DNA of 63,672 bases, counting the filler. It is 8 parts of 8 records of this genome, joined end to end, with 100 filler letters (N's around TTAATTAATTAA, not from the genome) between each part and the next. Parts side by side here need not be neighbours in the genome. Positions count along the whole stretch, not along the records: positions 49,836 to 57,194 come from SRR31156797_23250; positions 57,295 to 63,672 come from SRR31156797_23259; 6 more parts are not named here. One strand, 5' to 3'. Within the stretch, counting starts at the first letter, position 1; each line of letters begins with the position of its first letter. A program made the position numbers and the translations under genes. Positions 49,838 to 60,048 of the stretch are shown piece by piece. The notes under the pieces are model-generated. The model made no database searches. It saw only the letters and a list, made by a program, of their open reading frames with translations, and was not told the origin of the DNA.

Positions 49838-50125
49838 CTGTTCCGGCTTTTCTCGGCTAAGACCCTGGAAGACTATAGCCCCTTAAACCATGTAAACTCC
49901 GACTGGCCTCCGGTCCTGATGTTTCACGGGACGGCGGATCGCACCGTGTCCATCCGGCAGAGCGAGGAGCTGGACGAGCGGCTTACCGAAAAGGGGATAG
50001 CCCATCGCTTCCGCGTCGTACCCGGAGGGGATCACGGTTTCTTCAACAAGAGCCGGGATGAATGGCGATCGCTGGAACGGGAGTGTCTTGAGTTCCTTCT
50101 CCCCCTGATCTCTCCTGAAGCTTAG
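49838..50125 (+). CDS. Alpha/beta hydrolase (esterase), C-terminal part
   Basis: YSPLNHV...PPVLMFHGTADRTV...GGDHGF. Confidence 0.85.
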   Translation: MFRLFSAKTLEDYSPLNHVNSDWPPVLMFHGTADRTVSIRQSEELDERLTEKGIAHRFRVVPGGDHGFFNKSRDEWRSLERECLEFLLPLISPEA

Positions 50126-51327
50126 AACAGGCCGTAACGGACAGGTTCTATTGTCAGTTCGTCCGGGCTGTCTGCCGGCAGTATCAGGTTCAGATCACCG
50201 TAATCACTGCCGCAGAGGGCCTGTACTCTGTTACCGTCCAGTATATGCCTGTCAAGGATCCGCACGGACAGCCCTGCCCCCGAGCTGCTTCGGCGGATCT
50301 CATCGGCCCGAAAGACAAGGCGCCTGTCTCCGTCGTCCCCAGGGGCACTGAGGTTCAGGGACTCCACCCTTCCCCCTGAGACGCTGACATCGAGGGCATT
50401 GCACCCGAAGCGGGATGTCAGGGCGTAGGCCGTTTCGGAGACGGGATGGTTATAGACCTCCATGGCCTCTCCGAACTGGATGAGACGTCCCTGATCGATC
50501 AGGCCCAGTAAATCCCCCAGAGCCAGAGCCGTTTCGGGATCATGCAAGGTCACGATGGTGGTCTTCTGCAGCCCGGTAACCAGTTTTTTAAGGAATACCC
50601 TCATATTCAGCCTTTCGATCTTGTCCAGCCTGGCCAGTGGTTCGTCCATCAGAAGGAGGTCGATGTTCCTCACCTCCGCACGGGCGATGGCAATCAGCTG
50701 CTTGATCCCTTCGGGGAGCTTGGTCACAAGGATATCCAGGTCGTCCCGGCTGATCTGGAGTTCCTCGGCCATCTTTTCCACAGTCGGATCGATCTCAATC
50801 TTCTTTTTCTTCTGTATTTCCAGGGGAAAGCGGATGTTCCCGCGGCCGCTGCGGTGGGGCATAAGGGCGTAATCCTCAAAAACATAGCCGATATTGCGGT
50901 CGGCCGCATCCTTGAGATCAAGCCTGTCGGTCCCGAAGAAAACGGTCCCCGATTCGGGTTTGTTGATGCCGGCGATGGCCTTCATCATCATGGTTTTTCC
51001 CGATCCCGACTGACCGAGTATGGTCAGGATTTTCCCTCTGGGCAGGGAGAATGAAATATCAGTGAGCTGGAACTCTTCCCTTTTGAAGTTCAATCCATGG
51101 ACCATAAAGATATTTTCGTCGCTGTTCTGAATGCTCTCGCTGTTGCTGTGGAAGATCTTTTTCTGTTCCGCGATATATCTATGAAGGTCGGAGGAAAGTA
51201 CCCGAATGGCGCTGCCCACCTTAAAGGCCTCTATCTTCCTGTCTCTGATCAGGTTATACACCATCTGATTGGAGATATTCAGAAAAACGGCAAGCTCTTT
51301 GATTGTCATGGTTTTATCCTGCTTCAT
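50122..51327 (-). CDS. Excisionase-type HTH fused to a MalK/ModC-like ABC ATPase
   Basis: MTIKELAVFLNISNQMVYNLIRDRKIEAFKVGSAIRV; GQSGSGKT, LLMDEP, LHD; ABC signature replaced by LPEGI. Confidence 0.85.
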   Translation of the reverse strand: MKQDKTMTIKELAVFLNISNQMVYNLIRDRKIEAFKVGSAIRVLSSDLHRYIAEQKKIFHSNSESIQNSDENIFMVHGLNFKREEFQLTDISFSLPRGKILTILGQSGSGKTMMMKAIAGINKPESGTVFFGTDRLDLKDAADRNIGYVFEDYALMPHRSGRGNIRFPLEIQKKKKIEIDPTVEKMAEELQISRDDLDILVTKLPEGIKQLIAIARAEVRNIDLLLMDEPLARLDKIERLNMRVFLKKLVTGLQKTTIVTLHDPETALALGDLLGLIDQGRLIQFGEAMEVYNHPVSETAYALTSRFGCNALDVSVSGGRVESLNLSAPGDDGDRRLVFRADEIRRSSSGAGLSVRILDRHILDGNRVQALCGSDYGDLNLILPADSPDELTIEPVRYGLF

Positions 51328-51350
51328 AAGATCCTCCGAAGTGCAATATA

Positions 51351-51379
51351 TTATAACAGTTTATAACAGAATATAACCA
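51351..51379. promoter_or_regulatory. Three TATAAC direct repeats at 10-bp period
   Basis: TTATAACAGT TTATAACAGA ATATAACCA in the divergent intergenic region. Confidence 0.65.
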
Positions 51380-51454
51380 TGTCAAATTTTATATCGCATA
51401 TTTTCGAATCTGACCGGTTTGACAAAAGTCACGAATAGGTATAAACCGGAGTTT

Positions 51455-52630
51455 ATGAAATCCAAATTCCTGGGCCACAGCGCCAACGACCTTTTCTGGT
51501 TCATCCTTCCTCTGGTTCTGCCTCTCCTCCTGGTTCGATACGATCTGAGCTATGCCCAGGCAGGCTCCATCCTGACCCTTTATCTGGGGATTACCGCATT
51601 GGGATCGGTGCTTATCGGCAGGCTTTCCGACCGCTTCTCCCGCAAAGGCATCCTTTCGGCTGGTCTTATATGCGCCGCCCTGGGATTGATCGCCGCGGGA
51701 TTCGCTCCCAATCTGCTTTTCTTCCTCATCCTTCTCTCCCTGACGGCTCTGGCCATGAGCACATTCCATCCCGTCATGTACGCCGTCCTGGACGAGCATC
51801 ATCCCGAGAACAAGGGACAGGTCATGAGCCTGTACGAAACCTACGGATCCGGGGCGATCCTGATGATGTTTCTGATCAACGGCTTCCTTCTGGAGAAGAT
51901 AGGGGTGAGAGGCGTTCTCGTCGTGACCGCCATACCGGCCCTGGCTATGGGGCTTTACTATCGCTTCTCTTCTTCGGTCAACTACGATTCTCCCCCCGCT
52001 TCGGGAGATGAGGGCGGGGAAGTAGGATCGTCGGCTTCGGGCAGGGAAACCCTGCGTTACCTGCTCTTTCTCTTTGCCGTGATACTGCGGGTCATGAGCG
52101 TGGCCGCGGTACTGAACTTTCTGCCCCTGATCCTCGTCAACTTCCTCGGATTCAGCGGCTCCGCCGCCTCCTACGGCACGGCGTTCTACTTTATCGGCGG
52201 CATCGCCGGTTCCCTGACGGCGGGACGGATCGCCCAGCGCTTCTCTCATCAGTCGGCCCTGAGCGTTTCGGTGCTGCTGATAGCCCCCTTCCTGCTGGCC
52301 TTTGTTCTGCCCGTTCCCTTTTGGGCCCATGCGCTGGGGATTATGCTCTTCGGCTTCTTCGCCTCGGGCTGCATCATCTATCAGAACATTCTGATGACCG
52401 GTTACGCCCGGCATATGGGCAAGGGGGAAGTCTTCGGCATCATGATGGGAGCCCTCACCGTCGGCTCCGCCGTCAGCCCCGCTCTCTTCGGGGCCGCGCT
52501 GGACCTCTGGGGCTTTCAGAACGCCCTGATCCTGTTCACCCTTCCCTTATTCATCGGGGCGGCCATCCTCGTTTACCTGCAAAGGAGCGACGATAGGCTG
52601 CCTGCGGGCGAACAGGGCGTTACGGATTAG
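51455..52630 (+). CDS. MFS transporter (Fsr-like)
   Basis: GGAG then ATG 51455; GHSANDLF, GRLSDRFSRK, STFHP. Confidence 0.9.
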   Translation: MKSKFLGHSANDLFWFILPLVLPLLLVRYDLSYAQAGSILTLYLGITALGSVLIGRLSDRFSRKGILSAGLICAALGLIAAGFAPNLLFFLILLSLTALAMSTFHPVMYAVLDEHHPENKGQVMSLYETYGSGAILMMFLINGFLLEKIGVRGVLVVTAIPALAMGLYYRFSSSVNYDSPPASGDEGGEVGSSASGRETLRYLLFLFAVILRVMSVAAVLNFLPLILVNFLGFSGSAASYGTAFYFIGGIAGSLTAGRIAQRFSHQSALSVSVLLIAPFLLAFVLPVPFWAHALGIMLFGFFASGCIIYQNILMTGYARHMGKGEVFGIMMGALTVGSAVSPALFGAALDLWGFQNALILFTLPLFIGAAILVYLQRSDDRLPAGEQGVTD

Positions 52631-54045
52631 ACTTCTCTTTCGATACAGCGCATCAGCAGGGCTTCCAGATCGTCGGCTATGTCCCTGCGGCTCTCATAGA
52701 GGTTGTACTGTTCCCTGATATCCGCATCCAGATCATAGAGCTGATACCGGGGAAAGCTGTCGGGCACATTCTCAGGGCGGGGTTCGGACCATCCGCCCGA
52801 GCCGGAGCAGAGTTCCAGCTTCCACTTTCCCCTGCGGATGGAGAAGGAACCGTCGATGGAGTGGTGAACCGTAAAATCGCGCAGAGGCCCCTCCAGTTCC
52901 GCGCCCTCCCAGACGGGGAGGTTGCTGACGCTGTCCGGGGCGGCCCCGTTTTTCGGCTCCTCCCCGACGATGTCGGCTACCGTGGCGAAGAGGTCGCTCA
53001 GGCAGACGGTTTCGTCACTGAATCGGCCGGGTCTGATCCCTTTGGGCCATTTCACAAGCAGGGGAATCCTGTGTCCTCCCTCATAGATGTCGGCCTTTGT
53101 TCCCCGGAAGATATAGCTCGGATTATGACCGTACTGGGCCAGCTCGGGGTAGTTGGCCATGGGAGAGCAGCCGTTGTCGCTGGTGTAGATGACGATGGTG
53201 TCCTCATCAAGCCCCAGCTCCTCCAGTTTCTCGTTTACCTGGCGAACCACATCGTCGCACATCAGGACGAAGTCGGCGTACTCGGTGACTCCCGATTTCC
53301 CCTGGAAACCAGGGGTCGGGACGATGGGCGTATGGGGGGCGTTCATGGGGAAATAGATGAAGAAGGGATCCTCCTTATACTCCTCGATCTTCTCCAGCAC
53401 CTTGCGGGTAAAGCAGGGCAGGACGTCTTCGGCCTCCAGCATCTCACTGGCGTCTCCCGTCCTCATCATCTTCTTGTTGAAGGCGTTGGATTTGACTCCC
53501 AGCTTGTCCTCTCCGTCCTTCGGCTCATAGAAGCAGCCTATCTTCTTGGTCGGGAAGCTCCAGACCTCGCGGTTTTCGATGTAGACGTAGGGGGGCATGT
53601 CGAGGGAGGCCGGAATGCCGAAGTAATAGTCGAATCCATGGTCCACGGGGGAGTCTGTCAGGGAGGCGTGGTAATCCGGGGTTTCCCCATCCTTCATCTG
53701 CCATCCCAGGCCCAGGTGCCATTTCCCGACGCAGGCGGTCTTGTAGCCTCTGTCCTGGAGATAGGAGGCCACCGTCTCGGTCTTCTCTTCGATCAGGGGT
53801 TCGTCCAGCCCCCAGAGCACTCCCGACTTCAGCGAGCTTCTCCAGTTGTATCGACCCGTCAGGATACTGTAGCGGGATGGGGTGCAGACGGCAGATGAGG
53901 AATGGGCGTCGCGAAAGGCTATCCCTTCCCTGGCCATCTTGTCGAAATGGGGCGTTTGAAAGCCCGCGTTCTCGTTGAGATACGATACATCTCCGTAGCC
54001 CATGTCATCCGCCAGGATGTATACGATATTGGGTCTTCTCTTCAT
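52627..54045 (-). CDS. Cytoplasmic Cys-type arylsulfatase-family enzyme
   Basis: PNIVYILADDMGYGD, CTPSRYSILTG, GKWHLG, TSDNG, YEGGHRIP; no signal peptide. Confidence 0.96.
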   Translation of the reverse strand: MKRRPNIVYILADDMGYGDVSYLNENAGFQTPHFDKMAREGIAFRDAHSSSAVCTPSRYSILTGRYNWRSSLKSGVLWGLDEPLIEEKTETVASYLQDRGYKTACVGKWHLGLGWQMKDGETPDYHASLTDSPVDHGFDYYFGIPASLDMPPYVYIENREVWSFPTKKIGCFYEPKDGEDKLGVKSNAFNKKMMRTGDASEMLEAEDVLPCFTRKVLEKIEEYKEDPFFIYFPMNAPHTPIVPTPGFQGKSGVTEYADFVLMCDDVVRQVNEKLEELGLDEDTIVIYTSDNGCSPMANYPELAQYGHNPSYIFRGTKADIYEGGHRIPLLVKWPKGIRPGRFSDETVCLSDLFATVADIVGEEPKNGAAPDSVSNLPVWEGAELEGPLRDFTVHHSIDGSFSIRRGKWKLELCSGSGGWSEPRPENVPDSFPRYQLYDLDADIREQYNLYESRRDIADDLEALLMRCIEREV

Positions 54046-54166
54046 TCTAGTTCCTTCCTGATTCTGTGAATATAGTCTTAAAAGATAATGTGTGTTTATT
54101 AAATGATTGCTGCCCGGACTATGACTGCGGAGAGGGGCGCCTCCCCGCAGTTCTGAATACAGTCGA

Positions 54167-55243
54167 TTAGCTCATATAGTTATTGATCCATTCGTAGTCG
54201 CGGGTGGACTTATTGGTCTTGGTCCACTCTATGTCTCTGGTCACCTCGTCCCATATCTCTTCCGCTTTTTCGCCGTACTCGCTGAAGAACCAGTCATACA
54301 TGATCCTCGCTTCCTCATCGCGACGGGGGATATCCGATTCCCTGATCCTGGTGACCGTACCGCCCATCTGGACGAACTCTTTTTCGTAGACGGTTTCGTT
54401 GTTGAAGTACTCCAGTGTGAAGATGGCCTCGGCCCTGTCCATACCATCCAATACCAGTTCCTGAAGGTCCTCGGGAAGCCGGGCCAGCCAGGTCTCGGAC
54501 ACCAGCCATGTGACAGAGTGGAAGATGTTGTCATCGATATAGGCGTATTTGATGAAATCCGAGAAATTATTGGCGAGCACGTCGGTGAAGGGCTGATCCA
54601 GTCCGGAGATGACTCCCGTAGAGAGGGCTGTGTAAACGTCGCTCCAGGGCACGGAAACGGGGTTGAGGCCCATGTCCTGGTAGAACTTCTCATGCAGGGG
54701 AGAGGGGATGGTCCTGAACTTGTATCCGTCCAGATCGTCATAGGAAGCGACGGGGCTGCTCATCATCCACTGGCGGTAGCCGTTGAAGGAGAGGCCGGAG
54801 ACCCGGACATTGGGGAGTCTGGTCTTGACCAGGCTGTCGACGTAGTCCACAAAGGGGCTCTCCATAAAGCTCTGGGCGTCCACCCCGCTGAAGAGGTAGG
54901 GGATTTCCAGGACCTGCATCTCAGGGAAGAAGCCGACGAAATTCCTGGTGGCGACCTGTGTGGCCGAAAGGGTTCCGGCCTCCAGCTGGGGGAATGTGCT
55001 GGAATCATTGCCCAGCTGTCCCGAAGGGTAGATCTCCACTGTGATCCTTCCATCGCTCATCTTCTCCAGATAGTCCTTGAGGAAGACGCCGGCCTTATGA
55101 TGGGGCGAATCTCCCGGGGGGAAGGGATGGGCGTAGGTGAAGGTGTAGCTTTGGTCGGCGGGCGCCGCGGCGTTTTCCGCCTCTTTCTTTGCGCAGGAAA
55201 CCAGTGCCAGGGCGCATAATGTCAGTACAAGAATCTTTTTCAT
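54167..55243 (-). CDS. dctP: TRAP substrate-binding lipoprotein
   Basis: Lipobox LVS-C; EIYPSGQLG, GYKFR, VPWSDVYTALSTGVISG. Confidence 0.9.
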   Translation of the reverse strand: MKKILVLTLCALALVSCAKKEAENAAAPADQSYTFTYAHPFPPGDSPHHKAGVFLKDYLEKMSDGRITVEIYPSGQLGNDSSTFPQLEAGTLSATQVATRNFVGFFPEMQVLEIPYLFSGVDAQSFMESPFVDYVDSLVKTRLPNVRVSGLSFNGYRQWMMSSPVASYDDLDGYKFRTIPSPLHEKFYQDMGLNPVSVPWSDVYTALSTGVISGLDQPFTDVLANNFSDFIKYAYIDDNIFHSVTWLVSETWLARLPEDLQELVLDGMDRAEAIFTLEYFNNETVYEKEFVQMGGTVTRIRESDIPRRDEEARIMYDWFFSEYGEKAEEIWDEVTRDIEWTKTNKSTRDYEWINNYMS

Positions 55244-55389
55244 AGTTTTCTCCTTTTCTACCGGGCTCCTCGTGAGCTTCGGTGATCACTTCGTCGGCCC
55301 CACGGGCCTTTGTCTCTGACAAGGGGTATTCCTCGGGAAGACCCCTGTCTGCCTGGGGGGGCAGGGCGCGCCCCCGCACAGCTCTCTAT

Positions 55390-56679
55390 CTAAAAAGTCA
55401 GTCCGAGCAACTTGGGAAGCCAGAGGGATAAAACGGGGATATAGGTAACGATCAGGAGCACCCCGATCTCGATGACCAGGAAGGGCATGACCTTCCGTAT
55501 CAGATCTTCGAATCTCACCTGTCCGATCCGGGAGCCGACGAACAGACAGGCGCCGAAGGGCGGGGTGATGGCTCCGATGGAGAGGTTGACGACGAAGACG
55601 ATGCCTATATGTATCGGGTGGGCTCCCAGGGCCATCAGCACGGGAACGAATATGGGGCCGCTGATAAGAACCGTAGCGGTGGCGTCCACGAACATTCCCA
55701 GGACCAGCATGGTCAGATTGAAGACCAGGAAGAGGGAGTACATATTGGGGAAGAGGGCGACGATGTTCTGGCTCAGGCGCACGGGGATCTGGGAGAGCCC
55801 CATGACCCATGAGAAGGCGATGGCCGCTCCCACCAGCAGGAGGAGCTGGCTGGTCGTTTTGGCCGCATCGATGCAGATGGGGATCAGATCCTTCACCCTG
55901 AGGGTCCTTTTGATCGCCAGCCCCAGGATCAGGGTGTAGAGAACGGTAATCGCGGCCGCTTCGGTAGCCGTCGCCAGTCCGGAGAAGATGGACCCCAGGA
56001 TGATGACCGGGGTGGCCAGGGCCCAGGAGGCTTCCTTCAGGGCCAGCAGGAACTCCTTTACCGTATGCCTTTCCGTGGTGACGGGGATATGGTTCTTCCG
56101 GGCATAGACGTTATTGTAGATCATCAGGGCGGCCCCCAGGCAGAGCCCGGGCAGGATTCCTCCGGCGAAGAGGGCTCCTACGGAGACCTGCATGATGAAT
56201 CCGTAGATGATCATCAGAATCGAGGGGGGGATGACCGTTCCTATGATGGCCGATGCCACGGTAACGGCCGTGGCCTGTTCCCGGCTGTAGCCGTTCTCCT
56301 CCATGGCCGGGATCAGCATCTTGCCGATGGCCGACACGCTGGCCGCTGCCGAACCGCAGAGGGCTGCGAACATGACGTTGACGCTCGTATTCACCTGGGC
56401 CAGACCGCCCCTGCGGCGTCCCATTCCGATAAGGGAGAATCTTATCAGGGAACTGGTGATGCCGCTGCGGTTCATGATCTCCGCCGAGAGGACGAAGAGG
56501 GGGATGGCCAGCATGGAGAAACTGGTCATGCCGTTGAACAGGCGCTCCGGGATTATTCCGACGAAATGGGTGTTCCCTGTGAAGTATCCGTAGCTGAAGG
56601 CCGAAGCGATCAGGGCTGTGACGATGGGGGTTCCCATGCAGAACAAAACGGCGAGTAGGATCAGGAAGGCGTAGATCAT
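55390..56679 (-). CDS. dctM: TRAP large permease
   Basis: LAIPLFV, IPPSILMIIY, GAITPPFG, SLWLP. Confidence 0.95.
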   Translation of the reverse strand: MIYAFLILLAVLFCMGTPIVTALIASAFSYGYFTGNTHFVGIIPERLFNGMTSFSMLAIPLFVLSAEIMNRSGITSSLIRFSLIGMGRRRGGLAQVNTSVNVMFAALCGSAAASVSAIGKMLIPAMEENGYSREQATAVTVASAIIGTVIPPSILMIIYGFIMQVSVGALFAGGILPGLCLGAALMIYNNVYARKNHIPVTTERHTVKEFLLALKEASWALATPVIILGSIFSGLATATEAAAITVLYTLILGLAIKRTLRVKDLIPICIDAAKTTSQLLLLVGAAIAFSWVMGLSQIPVRLSQNIVALFPNMYSLFLVFNLTMLVLGMFVDATATVLISGPIFVPVLMALGAHPIHIGIVFVVNLSIGAITPPFGACLFVGSRIGQVRFEDLIRKVMPFLVIEIGVLLIVTYIPVLSLWLPKLLGLTF

Positions 56680-57167
56680 TTGCTTCTCCTCAGTTTCAGT
56701 ACGATCAGGACGATCTGTTTCACACTGGCCAGGACGATGAGCGCCCCTCCGACGGTGAGGGAGTGGTAGAATACGTTCATGTTGACCTTGACCGATGAGA
56801 GGGACAGCATGCCCAGAATCCTGATGATCTTTGTGAAGGCGAAATAGATCAGGAAGATACCGATCACAAGGGATATCAGGTAGTTGACGATCTCGAAGAT
56901 GAAGCGGAATCGTCCGAACTTGTCCAGCAGGGCGGTGATGGCGATGGTCTCATGGTCGTCAATGGCCCGGGCGAATCCGAGGAGCCCGATCCAGGGAAGC
57001 GCGTTGATGCACAGTTCCTCCACCCAGGGGGTGGGGAAATGAAAGATCCTTCCGAATATGCTGATGTTGATCAGCAGGGCGAAACAGAGGATGACGGCGG
57101 CCAGAAACAGATCAATGATCCTGGTGGCCCATCTGTCGGCGAACAGATATGTCTCCTTGATTTTCAC
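56676..57167 (-). CDS. dctQ: TRAP small permease
   Basis: Four TM helices, PWVEEL; overlaps dctM start. Confidence 0.85.
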   Translation of the reverse strand: MKIKETYLFADRWATRIIDLFLAAVILCFALLINISIFGRIFHFPTPWVEELCINALPWIGLLGFARAIDDHETIAITALLDKFGRFRFIFEIVNYLISLVIGIFLIYFAFTKIIRILGMLSLSSVKVNMNVFYHSLTVGGALIVLASVKQIVLIVLKLRRSK

Positions 57168-57194
57168 TGATGACTCCTTTGTTTTTGAACTTGT

Positions 57195-57294
57195 NNNNNN
57201 NNNNNNNNNNNNNNNNNNNNNNNNNNNNNNNNNNNNNNTTAATTAATTAANNNNNNNNNNNNNNNNNNNNNNNNNNNNNNNNNNNNNNNNNNNN
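57195..57294. other. Artificial contig spacer
   Basis: N44-TTAATTAATTAA-N44. Confidence 0.99.
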
Positions 57295-57486
57295 TGTACT
57301 GGTGAGACAGAACCTTCTTCTCATGGATAATTCCCTTCAATCGATGGATTATATTTTTTATTCAGAAACCGCAATCCTTCAAGAGAGATCTTGACCCGGC
57401 CCCGGCGGCTGTTCTATAAAGATTAAGTACCGGATCTTAAAGAAAAATCATCTTCCATTGGCCATGACAAGCCGGAGGCCGTTTCA

Positions 57487-59160
57487 ATGACGGAAAAGCC
57501 GACCTATGAAGAACTGGCGCTAAGGGTCAGAGCACTGGAAAAGGAGGCCGCCAGAAGAAATCGGGCGGACGAAGCCCTCCATTTAGAGGAATCCAGACTT
57601 GAAGCGCTCCTGAAACTCAATGAAATGACCGGCGCATTGCTTCAGGAAATTACGGACTTTGCCCTTGAAGAAGCGGTTCGCCTCACCGGAAGCGAGATCG
57701 GATATTTGGCGTTCATGAACGAGGATGAGACGGTGCTCACCATGCATTCATGGTCCAAGGGCGCCATGGCGCAATGCGACATTCTTGAAAAGCCGAAAGT
57801 ATATCCGGTTCACACAACGGGACTCTGGGGAGAAGCGGTTAGACAGAAAAGACCGATCATCTTTAATGATTACGCCGCGCCCAGCCCTTTGAAGAAGGGC
57901 TATCCCGAAGGCCACGTGGAAATCAGGCGCCACGTTGGCATCCCCGTGTTTGACGGGACGAAAATTGTCGCCGTGGCAGGGGTTGGAAACAAGGAGAAAG
58001 AGTATGATCAGGCGGATGTTCGCCAGTTGAAACTGCTCATGCAGGGGATGTGGCGACTTATCCTCAGAAAATGGACCGAGTGGGAGTTGCGGGAAAGCGA
58101 GGCCAAATTTCGAAAGCTGGTGGAAACCGTCGGTTGCGCCATATTCATTTATCAGGGCACCAAAATTTCTTTCGCCAATCCCACATCGGAGACCATATTC
58201 GGCTACAAAGCGGAGGAGCTTGTATCAAAGGACTTCTGGGAGATCATTCATCCCGACAGCCGGGATCTCGCCAGGGAAAGAGGGTTTGCGCGTCAGCGAG
58301 GCGAGAAGGTTCCGCCCCGATACGAACTCAAGATACTCAGAAAAAACGGTGAGGTGGGGTGGTGCGATTTCACCTTGAGTTTGATTGAATTGGAAGGTAA
58401 ATCGTCGGTCCTGGGCATTGCGCTGGACATCACGGAGAGTAAGAGAGCGGAAGCGGCGCTGGAGGAATCGGAGCGGAAATTCAGGGAACTCTCTTCCTAT
58501 CTGCTAACGGCCCAGGAGGGAGAGAGAAAGCGGATTTCCTTTGAACTACACGATGAATTGGGGCAATCCCTCTCCCTTCTGAAGCTCAAGTTGAGATCCA
58601 TTGAGAGGGAATTGGGGGATGATCGGGCCAAATTGAGATCGGACAGTGTGAACGTATTTCAGGATATAGACCGGATTATCGAAAATATCCGACGGCTTAC
58701 GCGCGATTTGAGCCCCGCCTTGCTGGAGGACCTGGGTCTTTCGGGCGCCCTCAGGTGGATGGTGGATGAGTTCGCCAGACATAACAACAATCGGGTCTCC
58801 TTTGCCATAGAAGACATCAATCATCTTCTTTCCGATGAGGCCCAGATCATTATTTACAGGATATTCCAGGAGGCGTTGACCAATATCGGGAAACACGCCG
58901 GGGCCAAACACATCTTTGTCAAGGCCGAGGGACGAAAAGAGAGCGTCTCTTTTGTCATGGAAGACAACGGTAGGGGGTTTGATTTGAGTGAACCCTTGCC
59001 CGAGAATCCCGATGAAAAAGGATTTGGGTTGGCGGCCATGGAAGAGAGGGCGAGAATGCTGGGTGCCCGCTTGGATGTTTGGAGCCGGCCGGGCCACGGC
59101 ACCAAGATTGCGCTGACGGTCCCCATGGAGAAAGGGAAGGAAAGTGATGGAATCTTATGA
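57487..59160 (+). CDS. Soluble GAF-PAS sensor histidine kinase (HisKA_3 type)
   Basis: ERKRISFELHDELGQ, QEALTNIGKHA, DNGRGFD, GFGLAAMEER; no TM helix. Confidence 0.95.
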   Translation: MTEKPTYEELALRVRALEKEAARRNRADEALHLEESRLEALLKLNEMTGALLQEITDFALEEAVRLTGSEIGYLAFMNEDETVLTMHSWSKGAMAQCDILEKPKVYPVHTTGLWGEAVRQKRPIIFNDYAAPSPLKKGYPEGHVEIRRHVGIPVFDGTKIVAVAGVGNKEKEYDQADVRQLKLLMQGMWRLILRKWTEWELRESEAKFRKLVETVGCAIFIYQGTKISFANPTSETIFGYKAEELVSKDFWEIIHPDSRDLARERGFARQRGEKVPPRYELKILRKNGEVGWCDFTLSLIELEGKSSVLGIALDITESKRAEAALEESERKFRELSSYLLTAQEGERKRISFELHDELGQSLSLLKLKLRSIERELGDDRAKLRSDSVNVFQDIDRIIENIRRLTRDLSPALLEDLGLSGALRWMVDEFARHNNNRVSFAIEDINHLLSDEAQIIIYRIFQEALTNIGKHAGAKHIFVKAEGRKESVSFVMEDNGRGFDLSEPLPENPDEKGFGLAAMEERARMLGARLDVWSRPGHGTKIALTVPMEKGKESDGIL

Positions 59161-59803
59161 GATCGTTCTGGCGGACGACCACAAAATGTTCCGACAGGGC
59201 GTCAAAAAGATCATTGATGAAACCGATGATCTGAAAGTGATCGGTGAGGCGGACGACGGTCTTCAACTTCTTGAGTTGTTAAAAAAATTGTCACCCCGAA
59301 TGGTTGTCTTGGATATATCCATGCCGAAAATGAGAGGCGTTGAGGCAACCCGTGAGATCAAGATGATTGATCCGAGCATAAAGATATTGATACTGACCAT
59401 GCATCGAAACAAAGAACTGCTGTATCATTGTTTCTCGGCGGGTGCCGAAGGATATCTCCTGAAAGAAGATACCGATACGGAACTCTTTTCTGCCATTGAG
59501 AGCATTCGGCAGGGGCGGAACTATGTTTCACCCATTTTGTCCCTTGATTTGGCGGATGATCTGGCGAGGATCTACAGCGGTCGTCACGAGCATCCCCTCG
59601 AGCGTTTGACGTTACGTGAAAGAGAGGTCTTAACGCTCATTTCAGAAGGAAAATCGAGAAAAGAGATTGCCGATTCACTTTATATCAGTGTCCACACGGT
59701 CGGTCATCACCGCACCAATATTTTGCGGAAATTGAATATTAAGAAAACCGCGGAGTTGGTGAAATATGCCGTCAGAAAGGGATATACTTCAACCAATCCG
59801 TAA
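59144..59803 (+). CDS. NarL/LuxR-family response regulator
   Basis: LADDH, LDISMP, GYLLK, LTLREREVL HTH. Confidence 0.96.
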   Translation: MMESYEIVLADDHKMFRQGVKKIIDETDDLKVIGEADDGLQLLELLKKLSPRMVVLDISMPKMRGVEATREIKMIDPSIKILILTMHRNKELLYHCFSAGAEGYLLKEDTDTELFSAIESIRQGRNYVSPILSLDLADDLARIYSGRHEHPLERLTLREREVLTLISEGKSRKEIADSLYISVHTVGHHRTNILRKLNIKKTAELVKYAVRKGYTSTNP

Positions 59804-59859
59804 CCGCCCTCCTTTCCCCTCTGTTCATTTTCCATAACCGAACCAGCCAAAAGTTTCAT

Positions 59860-59924
59860 ATAGCCGCTTTTGGCCATATGAAGACAGTTGTTCCGACCAT
59901 ATGAAAACAGTGGACGTCGGCTAT
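59860..59924 (+). promoter_or_regulatory. Tandem putative response-regulator binding sites
   Basis: CCATATGAA(G/A)ACAGT at 59874 and 59897 (23-bp period), within three A(T/C)AG...C(C/T)AT units. Confidence 0.55.
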
Positions 59925-60048
59925 TGTTGATGCATACCAAAACCATATACAATAGCGTCTCATCGCCTGATGAAAATCCCGGAATCCTTCACGAAATTGA
60001 TTGGAAAACCCGTATGTTAACCGTTTAGACACGGTAAGGAGGTAAAAA

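Noticed and set aside
55244-55389. GC-rich hairpins between dctM and dctP
   Set aside because: Consistent with an ordinary intercistronic stability or REP-like structure; nothing further supportable
6763-57294. Recurring TTAATTAATTAA within N-runs as a biological repeat; ORFs containing X runs
   Set aside because: Artificial concatenation spacers; ORFs running into them are truncated genes
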